A stretch of DNA of 63,487 nt, counting the filler, from Octopus bimaculoides (taxonomy: Eukaryota), in the NCBI RefSeq assembly GCF_001194135.2. It is 5 parts of 4 records of this genome, joined end to end, with 100 filler letters (N's around TTAATTAATTAA, not from the genome) between each part and the next. Parts side by side here need not be neighbours in the genome. Positions count along the whole stretch, not along the records: positions 32,662 to 61,137 come from NC_068982.1; 4 more parts are not named here. One strand, 5' to 3'. Made by a program: the position numbers and the translations under genes. The first letter of the stretch is position 1, and every line of letters begins with the position of its first letter. Below the pieces are notes generated by a model. That model searched no databases. It was not told where the DNA came from and saw only the letters and a program-made list of their open reading frames with translations. Shown piece by piece: positions 37,627 through 50,954 of this stretch.

Positions 37627-38709
37627 TTAGTCTTTAACCGACTCTGCCGTCTCTGTTATTTTATATAATTGTATGCAGTCTGCTTTGAATTTCACTATCC
37701 GTGGCTTAAACGTTTTATGCGTTTCTAACATTTCAAAAAGATCCTTCATTCCAGTTTCCTTTGACAAATAAACCAGAGTTTTAAAAACCTTCATAAACAA
37801 AGACCTGGGATATGCGATCCAGATTTTTTCAAATATATCAGCACTTGCTTGGCTTAAATTATAAATGTCAAGAAGATTCGCTTTAAAATCCCTCTTATCC
37901 AAGTCAGTTTCTGCTATCTTCCATAAAAGCTTTTCAGTATAGATTTGTTTCCTGGTATCTTCAACAACTAATTTCCGATTCAAGGCCTTATCATATATGT
38001 GTGTAGCGTAAATGCCTGCCGATGGTAAATATTGGAAGGCAAACTTCTTAGGGGCTTTTCTTAATATTTCATTGATCATGTTATCCAGCTGATAATTCTT
38101 CATGTCAACAAGCGAAGCTTTATTGCACTCTTTAAGCGAACAGAAATTTCCAAGATAATCGAAGTAACGTTCAGGAGTTTTTTTCTCTTCCCATCCGAAA
38201 ACTAGCTTGTTTTTCTCAGGGAAACCCTCCTTCCAGTTTTTCTCGGTTTTATCCAAATCGTTGTAGTCAACAATTACCTCTTGTGACCACTCGTCAAATT
38301 CCTTCTTAATTTTCTCAGCGCATTGAGTCTTAGCCATGTTGAAGAATATTTCTATCAACGTCTCGACTGTCTTTTCGTCTCCATTATGTCTATTAATAAT
38401 GAAATTTGCGAAAAGAGTTAGAGCCATTTGTGATATATTTGAATAGTATTTTTTTTCTAAACGCCAAAGTATTTCGGAATCATAAAACATATTAACTCCA
38501 AGTTTCACAGCATCTTCCAGGTTATTGAAGTGTTCAGAAAGATCTCTCAAGCGTTGTTCTGTAAAGAATGGAAGTGAAGTATGATCGAATGTTGAATTAA
38601 ATCCGTTCCAGTAATCATCTCCTAATTTTTTTAAAATCTTCGGATTTTCCTTCCAAAACCGTCTTCGAAATCTCTCCATTGTGACTCTCTGTCCAGTTTG
38701 ACCCGGCAT
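37627..38709 (-). CDS. Intronless 360-aa ORF of unknown family
   Basis: Uninterrupted 1083-nt ORF in non-repetitive sequence, with aatcATG start (A at -3) and a Lys/Glu/Leu/Phe-rich, helical-looking composition. No transposon or enzyme motif recognised. Confidence 0.7.
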   Translation of the reverse strand: MPGQTGQRVTMERFRRRFWKENPKILKKLGDDYWNGFNSTFDHTSLPFFTEQRLRDLSEHFNNLEDAVKLGVNMFYDSEILWRLEKKYYSNISQMALTLFANFIINRHNGDEKTVETLIEIFFNMAKTQCAEKIKKEFDEWSQEVIVDYNDLDKTEKNWKEGFPEKNKLVFGWEEKKTPERYFDYLGNFCSLKECNKASLVDMKNYQLDNMINEILRKAPKKFAFQYLPSAGIYATHIYDKALNRKLVVEDTRKQIYTEKLLWKIAETDLDKRDFKANLLDIYNLSQASADIFEKIWIAYPRSLFMKVFKTLVYLSKETGMKDLFEMLETHKTFKPRIVKFKADCIQLYKITETAESVKD

Positions 38710-38834
38710 GATTAACGTTGCAAATTTGGTAGTTGTAATTTGCTGAGATAGCGAAAAAATTCGAATAACTTTAGGATAAATCTAAGTTATATAAACTTTG
38801 TTTCTTTACGAATGCGGAAGTAAAATCGATGGTT

Positions 38835-39130
38835 GCAAAAGCGCTAGAGCCTCGGGGAGAAAATGCTTTACATTTGCACTGTGAGTACGAATCCTACCGA
38901 GGTCAACTCTCCTTTTATCCGTTTTGGGGGTCAATAAAATAAAAGATCAGTCTCGTACTGGGGTCGATTTGGCAAACTGGAAGAATTCTTTAACGTCGGT
39001 GAAATATTTAAGCGGTTCAAATACCACGGAAGTCAACTTTGCCTTTTATCCTTTCGGAGTCAGTCACGTACTTGAGTTGTTTTAATTAACTAACCTGAAA
39101 AACTGCTGGCCTTGTGTCAAAATTTTAAAC
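38835..39130 (+). mobile_element. Two diverged SINE family A-related copies
   Basis: aatcctaccgaggtcaact...ggggtcaataaa and ggttcaaataccacggaagtcaactttgcc. Confidence 0.6.
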
Positions 39131-39170
39131 AATTATTATAATGAAAAAAACTTTTACGGTATTTACTTGC

Positions 39171-39202
<32 letters not shown>

Positions 39203-39439
39203 CAAGTAAAGCAGTTTAAAAAGTTATGGCATAGTCGTAGTTGTCGGGTTATGAGTTATGTCCCCTTAATCAGACACTTCTTCAAACTTTTTTTTTACTC
39301 CTGTCCCAACTTTATTGCTTTATCTGACAGCAAAATGAACAAGAGACTGTGAAACAGAAACGGAATAAATATCCTAAAGCTTCTGTTCAAAGGCACCTAT
39401 GTGTCGTATATTTTCGTCAATCTTTATATCATTACGTCG

Positions 39440-40205
39440 AGATACATCGCCGAATCCAATCCCCAGTGGCACAGTGAAGATTTGTAAGACATTCCAATAT
39501 TTTTCCATGAGATTCTTATTTGAATAGAAATACACACTTCAGTGTATGCATCGAGATACTCAGACACATACACATACATAAATCATATACATGTACATAC
39601 GTACACATGCACGCACATTACATAAATGCATGCATGCATACATACATACATTACATTAGATACATTATATCCCACCCAGAAGGGTATACATTCGCTATCC
39701 AGGAACAGGAGATAGCTACTAAATACCTGATATACAAGAGGGACAAAGATACCACCTTTAAAAACAAAGAATATTCGTAGAACACCCCAATAAAATCATA
39801 AATTCGGTGCAAGCATAACAGACCTGATATTATTCTGTGGGACAAGAAATAAAAAGTTATGCACTATTGTAGAGGTCACCTGCCCAGCAGATGTGAATGT
39901 ACAATTCAGGAAAAAGAGAACATTTATGGCGAATTCAGGCGGAACTTACAGCTCTTGTACCCTGACAATGAATTCTCATCTGTACCTATCATCATAGGTC
40001 CATTAGGTTATGTACCGATAAATTTGCATAAAGAAAGAAGAAAAATTACAAATACTCGGTTTCACGGGAAAAGAGCAAAAGAAACTAACACGGATTCTCC
40101 AAACCCAGTCTATGGTAGCACAGTGAAGATGTGTAAGACATTCCAATATTTTTCCATGTGAGATTCTTATGTGAATAGATGTACACACTTCGGTGTATGC
40201 ATCGA
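39440..40205 (+). mobile_element. R4/Dong-clade (RLE) non-LTR 3' fragment, preceded by a duplicated 3' end
   Basis: EGYTFAIQEQEIATK, RPDIILWDK, IVEVTCPAD and VPIIIGPLGYVP (PD-D/ExK-like RLE). 39466-39560 matches 40117-40205. Confidence 0.8.
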
Positions 40206-41039
40206 CAGTTCAACCAACACGCGAAATCAACCACATATTTACAAACACCAGGAACTGTCTTAACTCACTGTGTCAGCAATAATATCATTACAAAAGTGAA
40301 CAAACAGCTGGAAAGAAAGAAGTCTGGAGAAGTGCTGAAAATTGTGCAGTATTAGAGGAATTTAGTTACAACCTGATTGGATTACAAGCAAGTATTCGAT
40401 TCTGTTTGCCACTCGTGGACAATGCTGTCTCAATTCATAGGGTCACTGAGCAGTTGCTCAGGAGCCCTATGAATTTTCGGACTCAATTCTAATTTATGCA
40501 TACTATGAGTTGCAGTCAATAAATAAATATAGTGATGTGTGAAAAGAATAAGATGACGGAAAGGGTAAAGGAACAAACGAAAGAGGAGGAGGAGGGGCTT
40601 GAGGAAAAGAAAAAAAGAACGAAAGAAAAGCAGATGGAGCTTAGGATAGAAGGAAGTAATGAATGCACGAAGAAAGAAAGAAAGGAAGGAGGGAGTATAA
40701 GTCGGATCGACTTTTCTACAGCAGCTTAATATCAGTATTTGACGTTGTACTTCTAATGTAAATAAAGCATAAACATATCTGATTTGGCAGAAAAGTACAT
40801 CCCAGACATGAGGGATTTCTTAAGTATCCGTCTCTTGTCCTCTAAACCACTGGGGTCCGTGGACAGCAAATACTTTTTATGGGGAATTTGATTTTATATA
40901 TGTTTTTTAATCGAAATCTTTTAATTGACAATAAACCTATTTGTTAAATACTGTTAAATAAACAAATGTAAAAATATGTTATTTTAAGCAAATATTTATG
41001 TATAAATTTCATAAGCGTTTATAAGGGTTATGGTTAGGT

Positions 41040-41266
41040 TTTATACGTATTTCCTCTATCCATCTGTTCAAATCTTTAGGAATAATTCCTAATGCACCTT
41101 TAACTACAGGAATACATTTTACCTGCACTTTCAGTTGTCTCTAACTCAATGGCTAGCTCCTGATATTTTGCTATTTTCTCTAGACTTCTCATTCTGACTT
41201 TCTCATCATTTGGAACTGTAAAGTCAATTATCTGGCACTTTCTATTATTTTTGACTGCTGCTGCTG

Positions 41267-41311
<45 letters not shown>

Positions 41312-42830
41312 AATTGCGCCTATTACTCCGTCCGTCTGAATGTTGAAGTCCCTCAACATCTGATATTTCTTACTATCTAGTACTTTACTAGGTTCATGTT
41401 CATACCATTTATCAGTATAGTCAAATTCTAGATTTTTACATAACTCCAAGTGGATTACTCTCCCTAGGTCGTCATATCATTGTATTCTTTCTGTTCCATC
41501 TTGCTACATTCACTTACTATATGAGTAACACTTTCCTCTTTTGATTTCTATAATTTACATTGGGCATCCACCTAGTTTTTGTCTATTTTGGCTTTTATCC
41601 AATTAGTCCTCAATGTTTGAACTTGGGCTGCTACTAACAAACTTTCTGTCCCCCTTTTCAACCTTCCTTCCTGCAACCATAACCGTGTCTCAGTACTACT
41701 ATTTCTTGCAATTATCTTTGGGAATCTACTATGCAAAGCGTTCCCTGCCAGTAAGATAATCTTTCTTCTTTTTTTCTGTTTTTTAACTTTTTTTGGTTTG
41801 GCTATATCTTACTGTCACTATATCTTACTGTAACACCTCTTAATAAACTTTCTTCACTGTTAACTACATAGGAGTATATATCTACTCTAGCTAACTCCAC
41901 GCAGTCTTCTACTGATTTTAACCCTCTCCCACCTTCCTTTCTAGGTAAGTACAATGTTGCTACTCCTGCCATTGGGTGGAGTTCTCCATTCATATTGAAT
42001 TCCTTCCTAGTTTTCCTGTCTAGATTTTCTAATCCAGATTTTGTCCAATCTACAAAAGCTGTTGAGTATCTTAGTAACAACACTGCCCAATTATTTACAC
42101 CCGTCACTAGATTCGCACCATTTAGCTTTGACTTCATTAACTTCCTCACTCTTCTGATGTACTTCTCAATTTTCGTTTTAATTTCTGTAGTTAGTACTCT
42201 TTCAGATTCTAATACTCCTAGACACTTATAACTCCTCTTCTTTCAATGTCTGGCCATCTTGTAATAGGATGCCTTCACTGTTGACTACCTGTCCCTTTTT
42301 CGTGACAAATATTACACAAATTCCATGCCTATATCTTTGCTGAAGAGTCTTACAGTTTGTATTAAGCAATCTATCTCTTTTTTAATTCTTACTAAAAAGC
42401 TTCAGATCATCCATGTAAAGCAAATGGTTTATATTTCCTTTACTATTTCTGAACTGATACCCGTTCCTTTGCCTTCCTGGATATTAAACTGAGTGGGATC
42501 AAACATAAGACAAATAGTAAAGGAGATAACGAGTTCCCTTGGAAAATTCTTCTTTTGATATTAACTTTCCCCAGGACTGTATCACCTGATTAGAGATCTA
42601 CTTCCCATTTCTTCATGTTAAATCTAATTAGTTTTCTTGTCTGTTATACTGAATATACTCAAACGTTCACTTATCCATGTGTGAGGTCATGTCATAGGCT
42701 TTCTTAAAATCCATCAATGCTATTGTTAGAATTTTTCTAGCTTTTACTTCATTTAGAATTGCTTTGTCTATATATAATAGATCATGCGTTCCTCTAGCCT
42801 TCTTCCTGCAACCTTTCTGTTCTTCTGAGA
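41040..42830 (-). mobile_element. R4/Dong-clade non-LTR retrotransposon, 5'-truncated and degenerate
   Basis: EEQKGCRKKARGTHDLL, NHLLYMDDLK, LYLPRKEGGRGLKSVEDC, ESVTHIVSECSKM, IIDFTVPND and IPVVKGALG. Confidence 0.88.
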
Positions 42831-44899
42831 GCAAATGGTAGTGGTGGTGGTGGTGGTGTTTAGCTTCAGGTCAACCCTGATTGAACAGATTTGTGATTGT
42901 AGGCATTCTAACCATGAATATTCCATCATTTTCCTAAACAGAGAACACCCAGTACCATATCATCCAGTATGCTCTTCGTTTCTAACACAGCAGGGAGATT
43001 TGAGTATAACCACGTACAGGTTCCTTTGTTGGCTTGACTCAGGACACGTTATTTAAACTTTATGTCAGCTCCGAGCTGACCTAAGATCAAAAGCATTTCA
43101 AACTTGTGTATCCAATATTTTAAGACACAGTGCATCCAGGGCCATGTTGCGTTGGTTTACATATTTAAGACAGCAGAGTGTGATTTAAAGAAGATTTTGT
43201 TGCTATTTCTCTCAAACATTCACAACACAGATGATGTACTTTAATAGTGTTCTAACAACTAAATAATTTACGGTTTACAATATTATAGCATTTAAAATAA
43301 CTTTGTTATTCAGTTGGTCGATTAAGACAATTGATACTTCTCATTCACAATGCATGGCAATAAAAATAAAGCCCTCGAAGCCTAATTAAAGAGGAAGTCA
43401 AGCCAAAGACGGAACTTCTGAGTACTCATAAAACTTGCTAGAAATAGCTGCCAAAATTCTCTCAAATCACACTATCTTTAGGAAGGAAAGATTATCTTTT
43501 GTTTAGACATTGGATAATGTGCTCATAGATGCACAATGTCTGAACAAAAGATAGGATAATCAGGGCTTGGATGCCTTTGTGATTCTGTTCGTTGCCCCCT
43601 GGCTAAACAACATTTTATATTATAGTTATGATGTATATCTTTTTTTTAATTTCTTACTTTCGGTGTTAATAACTTTGGGATCAATAGATTTAAGCTTTAT
43701 TTAACGCTGCAGAAGTAGTTTTCTTGAATCAAATCTTTATCTAGTACAATGTAAGCATACATAAAGTTTATGGATTGGATTTTTTTTTTTACCTCTTAGT
43801 AGAATTGGACGAAAATTATTGTTTAAAAGAATACTTTGAAGACGGATATGTTATATACAAATTAGATTGTATTTAGATTGTGACACTTATGCTACAAAGT
43901 TTGTAGTCAAGCATGCTAACTGATTTCATTACAGTCTACTTGTTTAAGAATGTCTAAATTTGAAAAGAAAGTAGAGCAAAATACTAGGTAAGGATTCGAA
44001 CCCAACCGCAAGATATTCAGTTAGGGATTACGATTAAGCCATCACAGTTTCATGTGATTGATCTATAAATCGGTCAATTAACAGGAAGCTTTGGCGTGAC
44101 TTGGCTCTTTGGATGATCTAAAAGTTGCCCTTTTTTCGCAATATAAAAACCGCTTGGCACCTAACTAAGCCAGATGGTTTCAAGCATCCGCGTAGATCAC
44201 CTTGGGCACACACAGAAGGCAGACCGCTAATACTAGACCACGTCAGACATTCGGACAGAATACCTCGAGCAAGAAACGATTTCAGACACATACGTTGGAT
44301 TCTAGTTAGCCTTCTACAAGATACAGCGTGGTTCTCTCCTCCTAGTCGGCGGTTATATTATCAGTACTTTTCTTTTGTAGACAGTTAACGCAGTAAATCA
44401 TATCCATCAATAAATATGTTAAAAGTTCGTGAGTCGCTTCATTTATTATACGCGCAGCTAGCTAGACCACAGGGTGATGGTCTTTAACAAGACAACACAC
44501 ACCAACAAACGACCATCACAACAATGAAGATCAAACATCCTTACGTCTCTAGTAAGAACCACGATGAAAAGTGTCGTATAAAAATAATATTGAACAGATC
44601 GTCAACTTGTTTAAGAAAAAGCTAAATTCGAAAGGAAAGTAGGCAAAAATGTTAGTAAGGAATATAGTGAAAAATGTCGCTCAAAAATACTATCGAACAA
44701 ACAGTATTTAAAATTATGTCGGCCGCAAATATACGTCATAGGAAAATTGTGACGTTGTGAATTAGATTGTAGACGTACTGTATGGAAAACATTAAGAATT
44801 GGGGGGAAATGGAACGGGTGTTACATCACCTTTTCTATGAATTAGTAGTTCGTTTATTTATTTATTAATATATATTTTTTTCTTAATGTAATTACCAAA

Positions 44900-45095
44900 A
44901 TGCCTTCCCCTCAGAGAAAACGAAAGGTAACACCGTTTACCACACTGCTTAATTTTGTGCCTTATAAGAAACCACTGAATTATGTTCATTCTGATCTAAA
45001 ACAGAGCACGAAAAGTAGCACAAAAAGTGGAAGCAATCAACCTACATATCGTCAAATTCTAAGTGACCACAACTATTCCTTGATAAAATCTTTAG
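44900..45095 (+). CDS. TSSK: TSSK-family kinase, probable first coding exon
   Basis: ccaaaATG start. MPSPQRKRK...RQILSDHNYSLIKSL followed by G|GTgagt donor (phase 1). Splices in frame to 52506 to give YSLIKSLGSGSYSKVKLA, the kinase subdomain I glycine loop. Confidence 0.8.
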
Positions 45096-45184
45096 GTGAG
45101 TTGTTTTTTTTTTTTTAAGAACAAACTTATGTACATTTCAAGAACAAACTTCTGTACATTCACAACGCAGTCATGTGTTCAAAT

Positions 45185-45222
<38 letters not shown>

Positions 45223-46539
45223 ATATACGCACAAACACAGTATGTACACATGTAAAAATACAAAAACGTATACTAACATACAGATAAATTAATAAATGAA
45301 AGAATGTTCGTGTGAATGCACACAAGCATCCATCCATACACATCCATCCATACACACGAATACACACATTTGTTTATATAATAATTCAACTACGGTATTT
45401 CATAGTTTGTCGCTAATTCAATTCTTAACCAAATGGAAACTAACATTGTTGAAGAGGACTAGTCACTAGCTACATTTTGGCATGAAAAAATTGTGATTTG
45501 GTCCAGTAGAAAAAAGTTTACATCAAAATTTGTAGCAACGTTATGAGAGAGTAAGTAACGCCACCAATCAAGTTTAGATCTAAACAACTTTTCTTTATTT
45601 TAAAAGCAAAATATATTTTATCTTAGATTCAATGATAGAAGAAAGCATGGGGAATTTTATAGTTTTGATCCCATGCAAGAAAAATTTGTATCAAAATCGT
45701 TGTGAGGTAAAATATCATGAAAAAAATATAAGTAAGGCAAAGTGTAATTAACTTTTTCCTTTATTTTAAAAACAAACTATATTTTAATTAAGTTTAAATG
45801 ATAGTGCTTAATTCGAGGAATTTCATGCAATCAATTTCATGCAATGCAGTTTTAAAAGAAAGTTATGAGTGTTTTTTTTTCTCGTATTTGAGGGTGATAA
45901 TATAGTTCTATACTTTTTCTGGATATAGTTCTAGGGGGCTTTTAATATATATATCACCGGCATCATTGAGGTAAGGAAAAAATTATCAACGCCACCGCTA
46001 ATTGACACATTTGAAACATTATTAATTAGCAAAACCTGGAAAAAAACATGGGTTACTTGGAAAAATACGAGCAAGGGAAATAATATTCTTAAGATTATAA
46101 ATGTGAAAAAGTACAGGACAGGTTATTACACTTGGAAAAGTTCAAGACAAGTTATTACATCTGGTACCACCATTTTGTTAAAATATTGACACACTAGAAT
46201 ACTTTAAAAAATGAGAGCCAGAAGTACCAATATAGCTAAAGTTTTATGCAAAGTATAATAGTATATATGGTAGGCAAATTCATTGTGTAAAAAATAGGCA
46301 TTGAGTCAAGACTAAAAATGTGAAGACTTGGCAATAACTTAGGCAATAACTCAAGCAAATCTTACTGTGAATTTGTTATAGGTAGATTTTACTGTAATAT
46401 GTAACTAATTCTTTTTATTATTCTATTTATTGTACTAAATAATTTTGTTCCACTATCATTTTTTTACAACCTATTTTCAAATTTCTAATTTTTAATTAGC
46501 NNNNNNNNNNAAAATAATTCAATTAAAATATTTTTTGCA

Positions 46540-47404
46540 CTTTACCATTTGCCAATTCTGGCCGTTTTTCTTTGATTGCAGCCTCCAGTTTCATTAGTTG
46601 TTGACAGTAAACATCTGAATTGATCATTTGGTTCCCTGAAAGCAGCTCAAAATACACAACACCTTTCTAATCCCACCAATTTTTTCTTTATTTCAGCTTT
46701 CGATTGGGGTCTGCTGGTTCATTACGCTTGGACCATGACGTTTTCGATTAATGTTATTGTAGAGAATCCATTTTTCATCACCAGTGATTATTCATTTCAC
46801 AAAAAGGTCGATTTCATTGCGTTTGAGACGCATATCGCAAATATTGATTTGCTGTGTTAAGTGATTCTCTTTCAATTTATGTGCAACCCAAATATCGAGC
46901 TTCTCAACGAATCCGAGACATTTTCAGTGATTTTCAATTGTTGTGTGTGATAAATTTAACCTCTCTGCAACATCTCGCACAGTCATATGACAAGCAGATT
47001 CAGTTATAGCTTTGATTCGGTCATCATCAACTTCAGTAGGTCGACCAGAACGTTGGTCATCTTTGAGTGAAAAATCACCAGAATGAATTTTTTGATCATT
47101 TCTGACATGTGCGTTCTGTTAAGTAATCAACACCATAAACTTCACATATTTCTTTGTGAGCCTCAGCAGCTTTCTTGCCTTTACGCAAAATATGGTGAAC
47201 ATATTCATTTTTGCACTTCATGTTAAAATTAACACTGAAGTAGCAGTTGTAAACAAAATTATGTGCAATTTGCTTCTAAAGTAAGCTAAAAGTTACGGCT
47301 ATCAAATGTCAAAAGGAAAAAATCATAACATTGACAAAAGTCATTAAAAAAAATCGTAACTCTCTCTATTTGCGAAAAACGAAATTACTTTCTTGTCAAC
47401 TCAA
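46540..47404 (-). mobile_element. mariner transposon remnant (5' TIR plus N-terminal and catalytic-start region of a pseudo-transposase)
   Basis: KGKKAAEAHKEICEVYG, DDQRSGRP, KLDIWVAHKL (WVPHEL motif) and IITGDEKWILYNN, with stops. TIR ttgagttgacaagaaagtaatt next to a TA at about 47405. Confidence 0.9.
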
Positions 47405-48572
47405 TATATATATATAAAGGATATGAAGGGTATTGGGGTCAACCAAACCCTAAAGATACGGTAATACCGAGTAAGTGCTGTATACTGACTAGTTTTTCCC
47501 CTGTTGTTGTAGCAACATGAGTGGGGAATATAACATAGGTCGTGTATTAGCGTGTGTATGTATAAAGAAAGAAAAGGATAAAGAGACCAATGGCAAAGTT
47601 GGAATTTTATTTTATGTATAAAGTCTTACAGCTGTTTACAAAATAAACAACAACACAAATAACTACGCAGAGGCAGCCATGGTTGAAACAAGAACAAGAT
47701 CAAGAAGCATTATTAAAAGAGAAAAGAAGCATGGTCATTCCTTNNNNNNNNNNNNNNNNNNNNNNNNNNNNNNNNNNNNNNNNNNNNNNNNNNNNNNNNN
47801 NNNNNNNNNNNNNNNNNNNNNNNNNNNNNNNNNNNNNNNNNNNNNNNNNNNNNNNNNNNNNNNNNNNNNNNNNNNNNNNNNNNNNNNNNNNNNNNNNNNN
47901 NNNNNNNNNNNNNNNNNNNNNNNNNNNNNNNNNNNNNNNNNNNNNNNNNNNNNNGTGGACCGACTCTACTACTATCACCACCACCCCCTTAGCTATGCTA
48001 GTGGTTCGAATTAACCACCTATTCATCTCAAGTGATGTTAAAAAGTTTTTCTCTTTTTTTGTATTTCTCAGAAAATTCTTCATCATCTTGGTTCTTATCA
48101 AGTTCATGTTTGAAATCATGTCATCTTTGAACTGTTTCAGGACTGCTGCTTTTCGCATTGCTGTTGATCACTTCTTCGTCTTAACTAACCACTATCATCA
48201 TTAGAAACTGTCGATTCAGTAACTGTCGATTCGCTCAGAATTTTTCTTTTCTACAACTAATAACAATTACGTAATTTTAAATTTGATTACCATCCGATAT
48301 TTAACATTTATTAAGTACATTACTTGGTTCTCTCCTCCTTGACAGCCCCCTTTGTTAACAGATACCAGTTTCTACGAATCCTTTCAAGAACAGATGATTT
48401 CTTATTGATGACAGACGTAATTTCAATTGTGATTGTTACGGTTAACATTTCCTCCCCTCCTCTCTCTCTCTCTATCTTTCTTTCTCATATACACACTCAA
48501 GCACACATAATGCACACATATACACACATACACGTACGCACATACACACACTCATACACATACACACTTAAA

Positions 48573-48611
48573 GACAGACAGACAGACAGACAGATAGATA
48601 GACAAACAGAC

Positions 48612-48647
<36 letters not shown>
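48573..48647 (+). repeat. (GACA)n(GATA)n compound microsatellite
   Basis: Direct read. Confidence 0.95.
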
Positions 48648-50354
48648 TGGTAGTAGATATATACATCATAACGTATAATCATATATCAAATCTTTCTCAA
48701 TCTGCGGAACAGTGAAGACAAATCATACATCTTAAGTGTGGTTTTATACACTATATTTTGAAATTTATTAGTGATTTTCTAAAGTGATACGGGGGGNNNN
48801 NNNNNNTACTCGTCAAATATCAAGGGAAATTTTTCGTGCAATCCAATAGAGTTCACAATTTTGCTGTTCTAAAGAATAAAATGGTTGTTGCTAAATATGT
48901 GGCTAGCAATATCTATTTAATGTTAGGCTCTCAGACATTCCTTAATACAGTTGTAAAAGTTCACTGGTCTTTAGTTTACAATAACAATTTTGATTACGTC
49001 TTGTACATTTCAGTAATTCACAAGTCTTTCCATTGTGCCAGTTAGAATACCTTCCCTTAATGACTTATTGTACAGGATAGCAAAAGGATGATTATGAACA
49101 TCAGTTAGTTTCTGTCATAAGTATGAATGTCACCAATCCGGATTAATGCTTTATCTGTGAGTAACACCTTATATTTCATACGATATCGATATCAATTAAG
49201 GTTGTTCTTCAAACAGGTAATCATGGTTGAGTCATAAATCTTTGATTCCAGGACATTTCTAAGGAACTGGTTCGAAGAGAGTGTTTTATCTCCTGGAGAA
49301 GCAGCGAGGCATATTCGGAAGTTTTAATCTGGTCTTCAACACAGATTGGACGTACATTCAGAAAGATATGGAATTCTATTCTATGTTTGAGGTTATATTC
49401 ATCTCAAATCTACGACCAGGTTGCGCTGTGTTAATTAGATCGCTTGTATAAGTACAGTATAGCAAATGATTACAATTATGAGTACAAAATAGATGACATA
49501 GACTGATAGAACGAGTTTGTTGAGAAATATAATACTCCAGAGACATCATCCGTATGAAAGACAGAAATTAAGTTAGTGTTAACAAAATTAATGCAAGGAA
49601 CATTAAAAAACTCAGTCTGAAAATCCCAGATTGCCAGTTACGTATTTTTTAGATACCTTATTCACACAATTGTGGAAGTTTTAAAACTGCCATGCTTGTC
49701 TTGCTTAGTGTCCAATTGGTAAGACAGCTAATTGTTTTTATCGTCCTTCTTTTGTATTAGACTTTTTTCTGATAGAGAGCCATGTTCATCAAATCAAAGT
49801 GTATCTGTATACTATTGCTGTTTAGTTGATTTGACATGCAACACTCTCAAAACAGTGTTGTATCAATAAATATCTAGTCCTATACAAAAACAGCTTTGGA
49901 AATTAGCAGGGAAGGGAGGGAAAACCTGAAAAAACATTGACTGGCCTCCACTTCATACATCTACTTGCGTAGAAAGAGTTGTCTGTACACTCTAGTACAA
50001 TGATTCTCTCACAAATCCTTGGCCACCATCCCACAAAATATTAATGAATTCTTTTTTTTTGTGCTTTCCTACTTTTTTTTTATTAATGAGAAAACAAAAT
50101 AGTTTGCATGCACATAAGTCTTCCTTTGCCATGATGATTTACAAGCTTTAAAACTCGGGAAACATGGATTTTATTAAATTTTGCAATTTCTCTGCTCCTT
50201 TACAATCTTCACAGCTCCATGCTATGATAGACACTGCACTAATTTCATCTCACGTTTCTTGATATTCTTTGGTCACCCCTCTTAACTTACTCACCTCTAT
50301 TATATAAAACAGTAAAAGAATAAAACGACTTTTGCAGGTTTTCATATTAGAGTG

Positions 50355-50505
50355 AAAGCGGCGATCTGACAGAATCGTTACCGCGCCAGAGAAAAATGCT
50401 TAACGGCACTTCTTCCGAATTAACTTTTACAATTCAAATACCACCGGGATCGACGTTGCCTTTCATATTTTCGGGGGCCATAAAATAAGTACCAGTTAAG
50501 CACTA
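50355..50505 (+). mobile_element. SINE family A-related copy
   Basis: gcggcgatctgacagaatcgttacc...attcaaataccaccgggatcgacgttgcc...aagtaccag. Confidence 0.7.
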
Positions 50506-50574
50506 TCTTCACCTTGATTTTTTATTTAGGAGGATTGTATGTCTATTTTTAGGCCTTCCTTCCAGACTATTCGT

Positions 50575-50940
50575 GGGTTTATTATTATTATCATTTCATA
50601 TGTGCTTTACAGATTAAACTGTTGGAAAAGAAATATCCCTAACAACAAGTAACTTTAGATGCCAAGAACCCTATTAAGTATTCTAGCTGTCCTTAATAAC
50701 ATTGTCTTCTGGAACTGTACTAAACTAGATTTTATGCTTATTTCCTCTATTCATCTGTTCAAATCTTTAAGGATAGTTCCTAATGCACCTATATAACTAC
50801 AGGTATGCATTTTACTCGCATTATTCATGATTGCTGTAACTGAATGGTTGTGTCCTGGTATTTTGCTATTTTCTCTATGCCTCTCATATTGACTTTCTCG
50901 TCATTTGGAACTGTAAAGTAAACTATCTAGCACTTTCTAT
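50575..50940 (-). mobile_element. R4/Dong 3'-end fragment
   Basis: Homologous to 41040-41250 (ctattcatctgttcaaatctttaaggatagttcctaatgcacc). Confidence 0.75.
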
Positions 50941-50954
50941 ATTCTGAGCCAAGG

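Noticed and set aside
43985-44050. Minus-strand tRNA-like relic with a perfect GGTTCGAATCC B box
   Set aside because: The A-B spacing is short and no cloverleaf forms. Probably a decayed SINE head.
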